A DNA stretch of 64,000 nt from Octopus sinensis. Lineage: Eukaryota. Positions 12,499 through 23,049 of the stretch are shown here, in pieces. Below the pieces are notes generated by a model that was given only the letters and a program-made list of their open reading frames with translations, had not been told where the DNA came from and did no database searches. The first letter of the stretch is position 1, and each line of letters opens with the position of its first letter. The stretch covers positions 6,820,001 to 6,884,000 of the forward strand of contig NC_043008.1 of NCBI RefSeq assembly GCF_006345805.1, in the 5' to 3' direction. The position numbers and the translations under genes are program-made.

Positions 12499-12690
12499 GG
12501 CGGAGAGCTGGCAGAATTGTTTGCACGCTGGACAATGTGCTTAGCGGTATTTCGTCCGCCGCTGAGTTCAAATACAGTCGAGGTCGACTTTGCCTGTCAT
12601 CCTTTCAGGGTCGATAAAATAAGTACCAGTGAAATCAATTTAAACCCTTCCCCAAAATGGCTGCCGTTGTGGCAAAATTTGAAGTCATTA
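12499..12690 (+). mobile_element. SINE-A monomer (GGCAAAATTTGAA..ATTATT tail type)
   Basis: GGCGGAGAGCTGGCAGAAT head, GAGTTCAAAT, core, tail ending in TTA repeats. Sits next to a (TAA)n tract. Confidence 0.85.
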
Positions 12691-12726
12691 TTATTATTAT
12701 TATCATATCATCATCCTCATCATCAA

Positions 12727-12944
12727 AGCGAAGAGCTGGCAGAATCGTTAGCACGGTGGACAAAATGCATAGTGGTATTTCGCCCGTCGCTACGTTCTGA
12801 GTTCAAATTCCGCTGAGGTCGACTTTGCTTTTCATCCTTTCGGGGTCGATAAAATAAGTAACAGTGGAACACTGAGGCTGATGTAGTCAATTTGTCCCTG
12901 CCCTAAAATTGTTGGCCTTGTGCCAAAATTTGAAACCATTATTA
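12727..12944 (+). mobile_element. SINE-A monomer
   Basis: GAGCTGGCAGAATCGTTAGCAC head, core GAGGTCGACTTTGCTTTTCATCCTTTCGGGGTCGATAAAATAAG, tail GGCCTTGTGCCAAAATTTGAAACCATTATTA. Confidence 0.88.
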
Positions 12945-12980
12945 TATGTGATATCTATCTCGCATTGTGTTTACCACAAT

Positions 12981-13000
12981 TTTCCTGTATTCTTTTCAGG

Positions 13001-13046
<46 letters not shown>

Positions 13047-13106
13047 GTATCTATCTATCTATCTATCTATCTGTCTGTCTGCCTATTTATCTGCCTGCCT
13101 GCCTAC

Positions 13107-13164
<58 letters not shown>

Positions 13165-13166
13165 GC

Positions 13167-13201
<35 letters not shown>

Positions 13202-13246
13202 CTATCTATCTATCTATCTATCTATCTACCTACCTACCTACCTACC
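12981..13246. repeat. (TCTA)n/(CCTA)n tetranucleotide microsatellite
   Basis: Direct reading. Source of the spurious YLSI ORFs. Confidence 0.97.
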
Positions 13247-13684
13247 TCCTCCCCTTACATGTACACAGTTCAATATCATCTGAACGAAAGAAGAGTAGTC
13301 AAGATGATTGATATCTAAGTTTATTCCTCGCTAACTCTCTCTCTCTGTTTTACACATACACACACACACACGCACACACACACACACACACGCATACACA
13401 CACACGCACACACGTCATGTTTGTGTGTGTATGTGCAAATCACTGTGGAGTGCAGAAGCCCGGTAAAATGATTAAATGAGTAAACAAGACAAGTCGTACA
13501 GTAAAACAATTTATCTCATCCTTCTCCGGAAATAAATTATTATAATATAAACCATAAAGCTGTAGGAGAATGTATGTCGATTCATTGTTATAACGGACAG
13601 TGAGGCTTGCTTCATTCACAAAAGTACGTGCGTGTGTGTGTCTGTATATGTATATGTATATGTGCGTGTGTGGTGTGTCTGTCT

Positions 13685-13875
13685 TTGTGTTTGTCTTGCA
13701 CCACCGCATGATGTTCGGTGTTGGTCTGATTACTTCCCTGCAGCTTAGTAGCTCAGTAACAAAGAGCAATAGAATAAATATCAGACCTATATATAAAAAA
13801 AAACATGATCAAGTAGAGGAAGGTGGTGAACCTCAACACCCGACATGGCCACAGTCACATGAGCGAAACAAATGT
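13685..13875 (+). mobile_element. Degenerate SINE-B 3' module
   Basis: Similar to the B 3' module: GGTGTTGG..CTTAG..GAGCAATAGAATAAATA..CATGGCCACAGTCACATGAGCGAAAC. Confidence 0.55.
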
Positions 13876-13938
13876 GTTGTGTGTGTGTGTGTGTGTGTGT
13901 ATAAATTCTTGTTTGCTTAATATTTCTTTAATAAAAAA

Positions 13939-14330
13939 GCGGCGAGCTGACAGAATCGTTAGCACTTCGGGCGAAATGCTTAGCGGTATTTCCTCTGCCT
14001 TTACGTTCTGAGTTCACATTCCGCCGAGGTCGACTTTGCCTTCCATCCTTTCGGGGTCGATAAAATAAGTACGAGTTACGCACTGGGGTCGATATAATCG
14101 ACTTAATCCGTTTATCCGTCCTTGTTTGTCTTCTCTGTGTGTAGCCCCTTGTGGGCAATAAAGAAATAGGTATTTCGTCTGTCTTTACGTTCTGAGTTCA
14201 AATTCCGCGAGGTCGACTTTGCCTTACATCCTTTTGGGATCGATAAATTAAGTACCTGCTGCGTAGTGGGGTCGATCTAATCGACTGGTCCCCTCCCCCA
14301 AAATTTCGGGCTTTTTGCTTAGAGTAGAAA
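13939..14330 (+). mobile_element. SINE-A dimer (long-tail + short-tail)
   Basis: Head at 13939. GGTATTTC at 13985 and 14169 (period 184). Junction AAAGAAATAGGTATTTCGTC. Short tail ends AGAGTAGAAA. Confidence 0.92.
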
Positions 14331-15526
14331 AGAGTATTTTCTGTTGTCTAGTGTAGTATATTAGATGCTATATATATGTGCATACCAGTACACATACTCG
14401 TAAGTTTACTTTACATTTCATTCTTCTTCCCCACCTTCTCTCTCTCGCTAGATGTGTGTGTGTGTGTGTATTTATGTTTGTGCATATGTATATGCATGCA
14501 TGTATAAAAAAAGTCGTGGAAAAAATGGTAGCAGTTATTTGCAATTAAGGAACAGAATACACATGCAATAAACACGATGTAGATATATAAAATAAATAAT
14601 AATAAAGATCAAATTAATTTATATCTATTTAAGTGGCTGCCGTTATTTGGAAGTCAGTGTGTGTAGGCTTGCCTGCATTGGTTGTAGTGGCTTCCCATAA
14701 TGAAATAAAGAAATAAACATATAAATAGTGAAATAAACTCGATAAGACAACAATCATAATGAAAGCTAATGTTTGAAATGTAGTTAATAACTGCACGGAA
14801 CAACATCACAACATCGCAAGACATTAGAACAAGTGAACGGAGAAATTGCTTTGAAGAAAGATCGCGTGGCAAACGAAGATAAAAATGAAAACTGTACAGA
14901 CAGACGGCGCTTTCATACTAACTGGAATGCATTTAGTAGTTGTAATTAAAATGGCGGAAAGGAACAAACAACACAGATTTCATGGTGTGTTTGACGCCAA
15001 AACTGGAGTTATTCTATTTGTATCTTGTCCGGATTCTTGTATGAAATCGTTGCCAACGATTTGGAATTTTTTATTTATTTTCTCTTTTTTTCTTCCGTTT
15101 GGTTTTGTTGTGGGTTCTTTTACGCGTCGATTTCTTTTATATTTTCTTAGTTCTTATATTTGCTAATTTTTGTATTTGCATTCCGTTTCTTTTTATATAT
15201 ATATTATTTATTTATTTATTTACTTCTCGGTTATATATATATATATATATATTTTTATTTGTATTGTTACATGGTTAAGCATGCAAAAAAAAAAAAAAAT
15301 ATTGTGAATGCGACAATGTGTTAAGTCGACATAGATAGCCACCACCGCCCCACCCTCTAGACGTGTTTCAATAAAGCAGACGATCTTTAAATTTCTCTTT
15401 GCCGCCTTTTTATTTGTACCTTTCTTTAATATTTTCTGTTTGATTTTTCTTCCTTTTTTGTGTGTGAATAACGTAATAATGGAGATACTGCAGTTATCGA
15501 AGAAGAGAAGAAGAACAAGAGGAATA

Positions 15527-15720
15527 AAATGATGATGATTATGATGACGATGGTGGTGGTCGTGATAGTGGTGGCGGTAGCTGTGGCGTTGGTTCTGATG
15601 GTTCTGATGGTGATGGTAGTTATGATGATGATCTTGATAGTGGTGATGGTGGTGATGATGATGTTGCTGATGATGATAATAAGAATGATGATGGCGACGA
15701 CGGCGTCGTTGTTGTCAATA
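15527..15720. repeat. (GAT)n/(GGT)n low-complexity tract
   Basis: Direct reading. Source of the poly-M/V ORF. Confidence 0.9.
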
Positions 15721-16174
15721 TTGTTACAAAGCTATTTGTAAGAAGAACTGATGTTGACATTACGAAGATTCGCAACACTGGATGCCGGCTTGAAAAGAAC
15801 GGTTTCTGATATAGGTACAAGGTCAATAATTTTAGGGAGAAGGGTAGTTGTCAATACTTTCGACTGAAGGAATTGTGTGGTACTTTTATCTGATCGATTC
15901 CAGAGCAATGAAAAGCAAGGTTGATGTCGGAAGGAGAGGATTATAATAATAGTAATAAAGAGACTGATTTGGTTGATATGATTGCCGCTGCTGCTTCGAT
16001 AAGCGCAGTTCTAGTGTATAATGGTGATATAGTGAATATCGAAAGGAAAGGGAGATAAACTGGAAAATGGGCATGAATAAATAATAATAATGCTGATGAT
16101 AATAATAATAACAACAACAAGAATGATAATGATATTAATAATAATATATTATTTATATTATTTACATTTGATGA

Positions 16175-16265
16175 TATTTGTTCTCATCTTGTTTATTGTT
16201 AACACAAATTTCGGCTGATATACTGTCCAGCCTTCATCAGGTGTCCTAGGGAAATTTCGAACCTG
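16175..16265 (-). mobile_element. Penelope-type terminal fragment carrying a hammerhead-like motif (16201-16246)
   Basis: Minus strand: GGACAC-CTGATGA-A-GGCTG(GACAGTATAT)CAGCC-GAAA-TTT-GTGTT. Stem II is 5 bp and stem I is GACAC/GTGTT. Stem III is degenerate. Confidence 0.6.
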
Positions 16266-16725
16266 TATGATTTTTTTCATACAGTGCAACCAAGTCATAG
16301 AGGCGGGACGACCAGATATCGTGCTCATACATAAAGACGAGAAAGAAATAAAGATAATATATGTTGGAATACCAGGCGATTCGAGGGTGAAATGTAAGGA
16401 AGCACAAACGACTGAGAAATACCAGTCGCTGAAGGACGAGATAAAGTTATGGGGCATGAGGAAAGTAATGGTGATACCAGTTGTAATTGGAGCATTAAGA
16501 ACAGTTTCGAAGGGCTTTGAAAAACATATTAAGAATATTGGAGCTGCTGCCAGGCTCGAAGTGATCCAGAAGACAGCATTGTTGTGTACAACTCGCATTC
16601 TAAGGAGAGTATTGTCTCTGTGAGTCACAGGAAAAAAGCACTACTTGAAACCTTTGGTGATTTGATATTGACTGCTTTTATGTAAAGAGTAACTGGTAAT
16701 TAAGAACTATCCGAGAGTCTTTCAG
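16265..16725 (+). mobile_element. 5'-truncated R4/Dong-like non-LTR retrotransposon: restriction-like endonuclease C-terminus + 3' UTR
   Basis: ORF 16267-16623 reads RPDIVLIHKDEKEIKII(D>Y)VGIPGDSRV..KE..EKYQSLKDEIKLWGMRKVMVIPVVIGAL..IQKTALL.T.RILRRVL, typical of the R4-clade PD-(D/E)xK domain. Followed by ~100 bp of UTR and AAT repeats. Confidence 0.88.
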
Positions 16726-16751
16726 AATAACAACAAAAATAATAATAATCC

Positions 16752-17151
16752 TTTCTATTGTGGGCACAAGGCCTGGAATTTTTGGGGAAAGGGGACTAGT
16801 CGATTACATCGACCACAGTGTTTCACTGGTAATTAATATATCGACCCCCAATAAGATGAAAGACAAAGTCGAGCTTGGCGGAATTTGAACTCAGAATGTA
16901 GCGGCAGACGAAATACCTATTTCTTTACTACCCACAAGGGGCTAAACAGAGAGGGGACAAACAAAGACAGACAAAGGGGTTAAGTCGATTACATCGACCC
17001 CAGTGCGTAACTGGTACTTAATTAATCGACCCCGAAAGGAAGAAAGGCAAAGTGGACCTCGGCGGAATTTGAACTCAGAACGTAGCGGCAGACGAAATAT
17101 AGCTAAACATTTCGCTCGGTGTGTTAACAATTCTGCCAGCTCACCACCGCC
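16752..17151 (-). mobile_element. SINE-A dimer (long-tail + short-tail)
   Basis: Head ends at 17151. Junction GAAATACCTATTTC with boundary 16917/16918. Period ~184. Confidence 0.92.
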
Positions 17152-17226
17152 TTTTCGACAGTTGCCATCTCTTACAGAGAAATAATAATAATAATAATAA
17201 TAATAATATTAATAGCAATAATAATA

Positions 17227-17262
<36 letters not shown>

Positions 17263-17736
17263 CGACTCTTAAAACTTTGAATCAAGAGCTGTTGTTACAA
17301 ATACGATTTGAGATTGGAAATGACATCAAATTGTCTCTCGTTTGTCTGGAAAGCGTCTTACAAAGGACACCATGCTAACTTCGGAATAACTTCCTTTGCA
17401 AATAAGTTAAATTTATAGAACTTCATTTTCAAATATCTCCACTGTCTGCTTCACAGACGCTTCGACGCCATCCAGTCAGTAATTCTAGCAAAAGCTATGT
17501 GTAGAAATCTTGAACACAGCAACATATTAGATCTCGGTTCGATATTTACGATGGGAATTAAACTCAAAAGAATATTATTAATAAATAACACCGTAACGGA
17601 TACTAACTATTTCTACTGTAAATCATATTAAATATTATTATAATTAACATTAATTTGAGATGGAAAAAGCAACATATCAAAGAAATTTGGACTAAGCTAT
17701 CTTCCTCTTGTCTGGCGGTGACAGTCTACATTACAA

Positions 17737-18148
17737 TACTCTTTTACTATTTTACTCTTTTACTTGTTTCAGTCATTTGACTGTGGCCATGCTGGAGCAC
17801 CGCCTTTAGTCGAGAAAATCGACCCCGGGACTTATTCTTTGTAAGCCCAGTACTTATTCTATCGGTCTCTTTTGCCGAACCGCTAAGTGACGGGGACGTA
17901 AGCACACCAGCATCGGTTGTCAAGCAATGCTGGGGGGACAAACACACATACACAAACATATACACACACACATATATACATACATATATACGACGGGCTT
18001 CTTTCAGTTTCCGTCTACCAAATCCACTCACAAGGCATTGGTCGGCCCGGGGCTATAGCAGAAGACACTTGCCCAAGATGTCACGCAGTGGGACTGAACC
18101 CGGAACCATGTGGTTGGTTAGCAAGCTACTTACCACACAGCCACTCCT
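17737..18148 (-). mobile_element. SINE-B full length
   Basis: Same architecture as 5730-6126. Confidence 0.92.
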
Positions 18149-18423
18149 ACTTAACTGATTTTAACTAAACTTCTACTCGATCTACGTTGATAAACCAGTA
18201 ATTTACGTATGAGACTTGTTCCCCAAATTGATTTGGTCAGTTTAAGTAAAGCCTTAAAACTAAGCTATTTATAAGCAATGTCCGCCTGTGGACATTTAAT
18301 GCAGGTGCAGAGTCGTGGAGGGAATCGCAACTCTGGATTAAAACTAATCCTGCAGATCACTCCATTTAACACCCGAAGAAATGATACATCGAAACACAAT
18401 GTCGAACATCTGTTTAACACGTA

Positions 18424-18599
18424 TAGGCGTAGTAGTAGCTGTGTAGCAAGTAGCTTGCTTACCAACCACATGGTCCTAGGTTCAGTTCCACTGCGTGGCA
18501 CCTTGGGCAAGTGTCTTCTAATATAGCCTCGGGCCGGCCAAAGCCTTGTGAGTGAATTTGGTAGACGGAAACTGAAAGTACTCCGTCATATACACACAC

Positions 18600-18645
<46 letters not shown>

Positions 18646-18860
18646 GTATATATGCTTGTGTGTGTGTCTGTCCCCCAACATCGCTTGACAACAGATGCTG
18701 GTGTGTTTACGTCCCCGTAACTTAGCGGTTCGGCAAAAGAGACCGATAGAATAAGTACTAGACTTACAAAGAATAAATCGTGCGGTCGATTTGCTTGACT
18801 TAGGGCAATGCTCCAGCATGGCCACAGTGAAATGCATGAAACAAATAAAAGAATAAAAGA
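18424..18860 (+). mobile_element. SINE-B full length
   Basis: Head GGTTCAGTTCCACTGCGTGGCACCTTGGGCAAG, (CA)n spacer, 3' module ending AAATAAAAGAATAAAAGA. Divergent (head-to-head) relative to the copy at 17737-18148. Confidence 0.9.
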
Positions 18861-19429
18861 CGATATATATCTTTATTCTCCCTCTTTTGATCCACAAAAA
18901 AACTGACCTAAGGGAGTTTACCCGTCATCACTGACCCCAGACTATTCTTGGATGACTAAGTGATCAAATGACCGTAATGGGTTCCTTTACATTTATCTTC
19001 GGCTTTAGAACCAAACGAGTCGACCACGAAGCTAAAGCCATTGGTCATATATACTAGCGGGAATCGGTTGACTAATCACAATGAAGCTGTCGATAGGATA
19101 AGCAATTGCATGCGTAAAAGTGCATCACTTGGCTTGTATTGAGAGAAGAAAACGGAGGTGTCGTCTGCAGCGGCATTAGGGAAGCAAATAGTTCCAGCAG
19201 AGTAATGGTTATTATACACATGGGTGCAAATAGGAATTGGAAATTAGAATCAATCCCTTTAATGTAGACTGGAACCTCACGAAATGCCATCCTGCTTAAT
19301 TACTGCTGCTTTTATGCGCTGCTAAATTACACACGAGGGAGTGTGACCCTTGGAATTAATCTTCGTGTGTGTGTGTGTGTGTAAATATATATGTACATAC
19401 GTATGCATGTAAATATATACATATAGGTA

Positions 19430-19484
<55 letters not shown>

Positions 19485-20546
19485 TAGATATTGTGAGAAA
19501 GATGCGTATAGATAAAAACATGTAGATGTGCGTGTGTGTGTACCCGTGTGTATGTGTATGTACCTATATTTAAAGTGAAAGGGGAGAGAAAGATGTATAT
19601 TTATACATATTTACACACACATACACACACACACATATATACACATACACACGAATGTATATGTACGTATGTATTAATACGTTTACATGTCTTTGTGTGT
19701 GTATGTGTGTAAGAATCATAATTTATGTGCGTGTATCTGGGTTACTGAAGCTATGTCTGTGCAGAATTGAATGACATTCTTTATGTTATATGTAAAAAAG
19801 AAGCGGTTAGCTTCAGTGATTCGCTTTTGTTGGAGCCTATTGCAGCTCAAGCAGTACTGAGCCATCCAGTCTTTATACCTTTGCATTGCATTATGCAGCT
19901 TCCTTTTCTGTCTCTTTCTTCATGCCTTTCACTTTATCATACAATCTCTCTCGCTATCCCTTTCTATCATTCAATCTCCTTCTCTCCTTCCTCTCTCTCT
20001 CACACAGTCTCACCCACGCAGTCACGGTTAGGTATTCACATATGTTCTTCTGTATCCAGTTTTAACTGCTGTAGGAACGCATTATTCAGCAATCCTAACC
20101 AATATATCTACTTTGAAGGATGTACCATTCTGTCTCATCTCATTCTATTTGCCAGCATCAAGTAAATAATTACACGTTAGTCCTGTGTTGTATTTGTGGA
20201 AGCTTTTCTTCGAAAGAATGAGCAACGCCTGAAAGGGAAACCTGAAAAGGCTATATTTGCACATCTAACCTCTAAATTCAAGTTGTTTTTGGCCAGCAAA
20301 GGTTATATTTGTAAACTGTTTAACAATGAGTAACAATCGCTCGCCAATCAGTCCGAAAACAAAAGTCATTCATCCATTATATCTTTGGAGGTTAGACAAT
20401 ACCACACTTTTCAAGGTGACTCTGGGAGAGTACAAAAGGTGTAGAACGCTTATAGTCAGACACAATTTAATACACCCTTTCTTCAAAATAAATGCACCAG
20501 TACATACGTATATGCATCTACCCATCTTCCCATCCGTCCATATGCA

Positions 20547-20594
<48 letters not shown>

Positions 20595-21309
20595 ACGGCG
20601 TACATAAATATTCAGACGATCTGTTCTCAACACTTTACCTTTCAATTGCCTGCTTATCTATCTACCTGTATTTCTCAACTTCTTGTACATTTCCATCTCT
20701 TCTTCGTCTTCTTCTTCCACCACCCCCCAACTTTTCTTCCCATCTTCGTTCTTCTGTATTTCTTTCTGTTTCCCTTTCTTACCCTTTTCTTCTTCTTCTT
20801 CTTCGTCTTCTTCATTTTACCTCTCGAACATTCCCACCATATATCATCAGTCATTCACATACATACACACACACACACTTCATCTCTCCTACACACACAC
20901 ATACACACATGTGCGTGTGTGAACCATATTCTTCGCGTAGTTCTGTTGAATAGTTAAAGAGATAAAGAAGACCACAGGAACCTTTGCTGATACGCTCTTT
21001 ATCTGATTATCCTCGGGTCTTCTCCCTTATTCTTCTTTCAATCATCATTCCTTATAATCGATATGTATTCTTTCGATAGCCTAGCAAATCAATCTTTCTA
21101 CTAGTCTATTTATCTTTCAACATAAGTATGCGCATGTGCGTATATATTTCTACACACACACACACACACACACAACAAACACCACGCACACGTATATCCA
21201 GAAGTGTGTATAATACTCATAAATATTTCAATAAAAACAAAACAATTTCCATATACAGTCATAAACATAGGAACAAATTGCAACCAGCTGCACATGCGCC
21301 ATGCAAAGC

Positions 21310-21487
21310 ATACATACATACATATACACAACCACACATACATACATACATTCATACATACATACATACTTACATACACACATACACACATACAAACATA
21401 CATACACACACATACATTCATACATACACACATACAAACATACACACATACAAACATACATACATACATACATACATTCATACATAC

Positions 21488-21518
<31 letters not shown>

Positions 21519-21600
21519 CATACATACATACATACATACATACATGCATACATACATACATGCATACATATGTACATACACACACATTCATACAATATAT
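21310..21600. repeat. (CATA)n microsatellite
   Basis: Direct reading. Confidence 0.96.
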
Positions 21601-22025
21601 GTACATAGTCACGCAGATATACACACACATATATATATATATATTATATGGCTACGTATCATGTATATGTCTACAAGAGCCTCAACACCTTATCTTTAAT
21701 TATCAAACGAATAATATTTAATATCGTACATACTTCTTTAAAATACCTACATACATTTATATACACAGCATACCCCCACTCATGCAAACACACAAACATA
21801 TAACACACACACACATATACACAACACACTAATACACTAACACGCACATATACACAACACACACACCATACACTAATACACCAACACACATCCTACACTA
21901 ACGCGCGCACTGTAAACATCCCTTATATCCTCGAAAATCTATCTTTATTCGTCCTTTTGTCTTTAGTCTATTTCTGTTTTCTTCCTAACGCTTCATCTTT
22001 CTCCACCGCACTTTGCATCCCCCCC

Positions 22026-22072
<47 letters not shown>

Positions 22073-22477
22073 GCTACTACTTTATTCGCCTCCGTCCATT
22101 TTAATATCTGTTAATCTTTCACTCTCTCTCTCTCACTCTCTCAACGATTCTCTTTTCCTCCTATCTCTCTCTCTCTACTTTTCTCCTTTACTTTTCAAGA
22201 ATGATGAATGTCTACATACGTTAGAACAATTGACAAGATGCATTTATCAAATCTAGCTAAGAATCTCCCTTATCGGTGTTCAATTTCTGTGAAAGCCGGG
22301 ATTATCTTTCATAAATCCACGAGCTGGATCAACTGAGTATTCCCTTCAGCGTTAAACGTTTATCTTTTCTCTATTCAGTATGTCTTCAGGCATGCAAGTA
22401 ATTCAAAGTAACCAGGGCCTTAATAGGCTGAAGCACAGCTGTGTGGTTAAGGAGTTTGTTTTCCTATTACTTTAGGT

Positions 22478-22677
22478 CAGGGGTTCCAAACCGGTGGTTC
22501 CCGAACCCTTGTGGGGTCTCGAAGCCTTGGCAGGTGGGGTCGTGTAGCCTTGCTAAAAGTGGCTTGGGATAATTGTAATTAATTAAAATGTAAATCAAGC
22601 TGTTGATAGTAGGGCATCGCGTGGATTTCAAGCTTTTGGGTAAGGGGTCGCGAGTGCAAATACGTTGGGAAAGGTTG
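22478..22677. mobile_element. hAT (Charlie-like) MITE
   Basis: Starts CAGGGGTTCCAAAC. Subterminal GGGGTCTCG/GGGGTCGCG motifs. Right TIR decayed (GTTGGGAAAGGTTG). 8-bp TSD CTTTAGGT/CTTTAGAT (7/8). Confidence 0.75.
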
Positions 22678-22707
22678 CTTTAGATCGATCCCAGTATGTG
22701 GCACTTT

Positions 22708-23021
22708 GTTTGTTGTTGTTGTTTGTTCCTTCTCGAGCCACGCCTGGCTCATTAGGGCTGGTTTCCCGGTTTCCGTGGTGTGTAGGTTCCCCACCTGGAT
22801 GGGACGCCGGTCCGTCGCAGGTGAGCTGCAAGATGCAGGAGGAAAGAGTGAGAGAAAGTTGTGGTGAAAGAGTCAGCAGAAGTTCGCCATTACCTTCTGC
22901 CGGAGCTACATTGAGCTTAGGTGTTTCGCTCATAAACACACACATCGTCCGGTCTGAGATTCGAACCCGCGATCCCTCGACCGCGAGTCTGCTGCTCTAA
23001 CCATTAGGCCATGTGCCTCCA
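22708..23021 (-). mobile_element. SINE-C (Arg-tRNA-like head, V-domain-like body, AAC tail)
   Basis: Minus head TGGCCTAATGGTTAGAGCAGCAGACTCGCGG..GGTTCGAATC. CTGCGACGGACCGGCGTCCCATCCAGG resembles the V-SINE domain. 13-bp TSD TATGTGGCACTTT/TATGTGGCATTTT. Confidence 0.9.
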
Positions 23022-23049
23022 TATGTGGCATTTTAGGCCGACTAAATCA

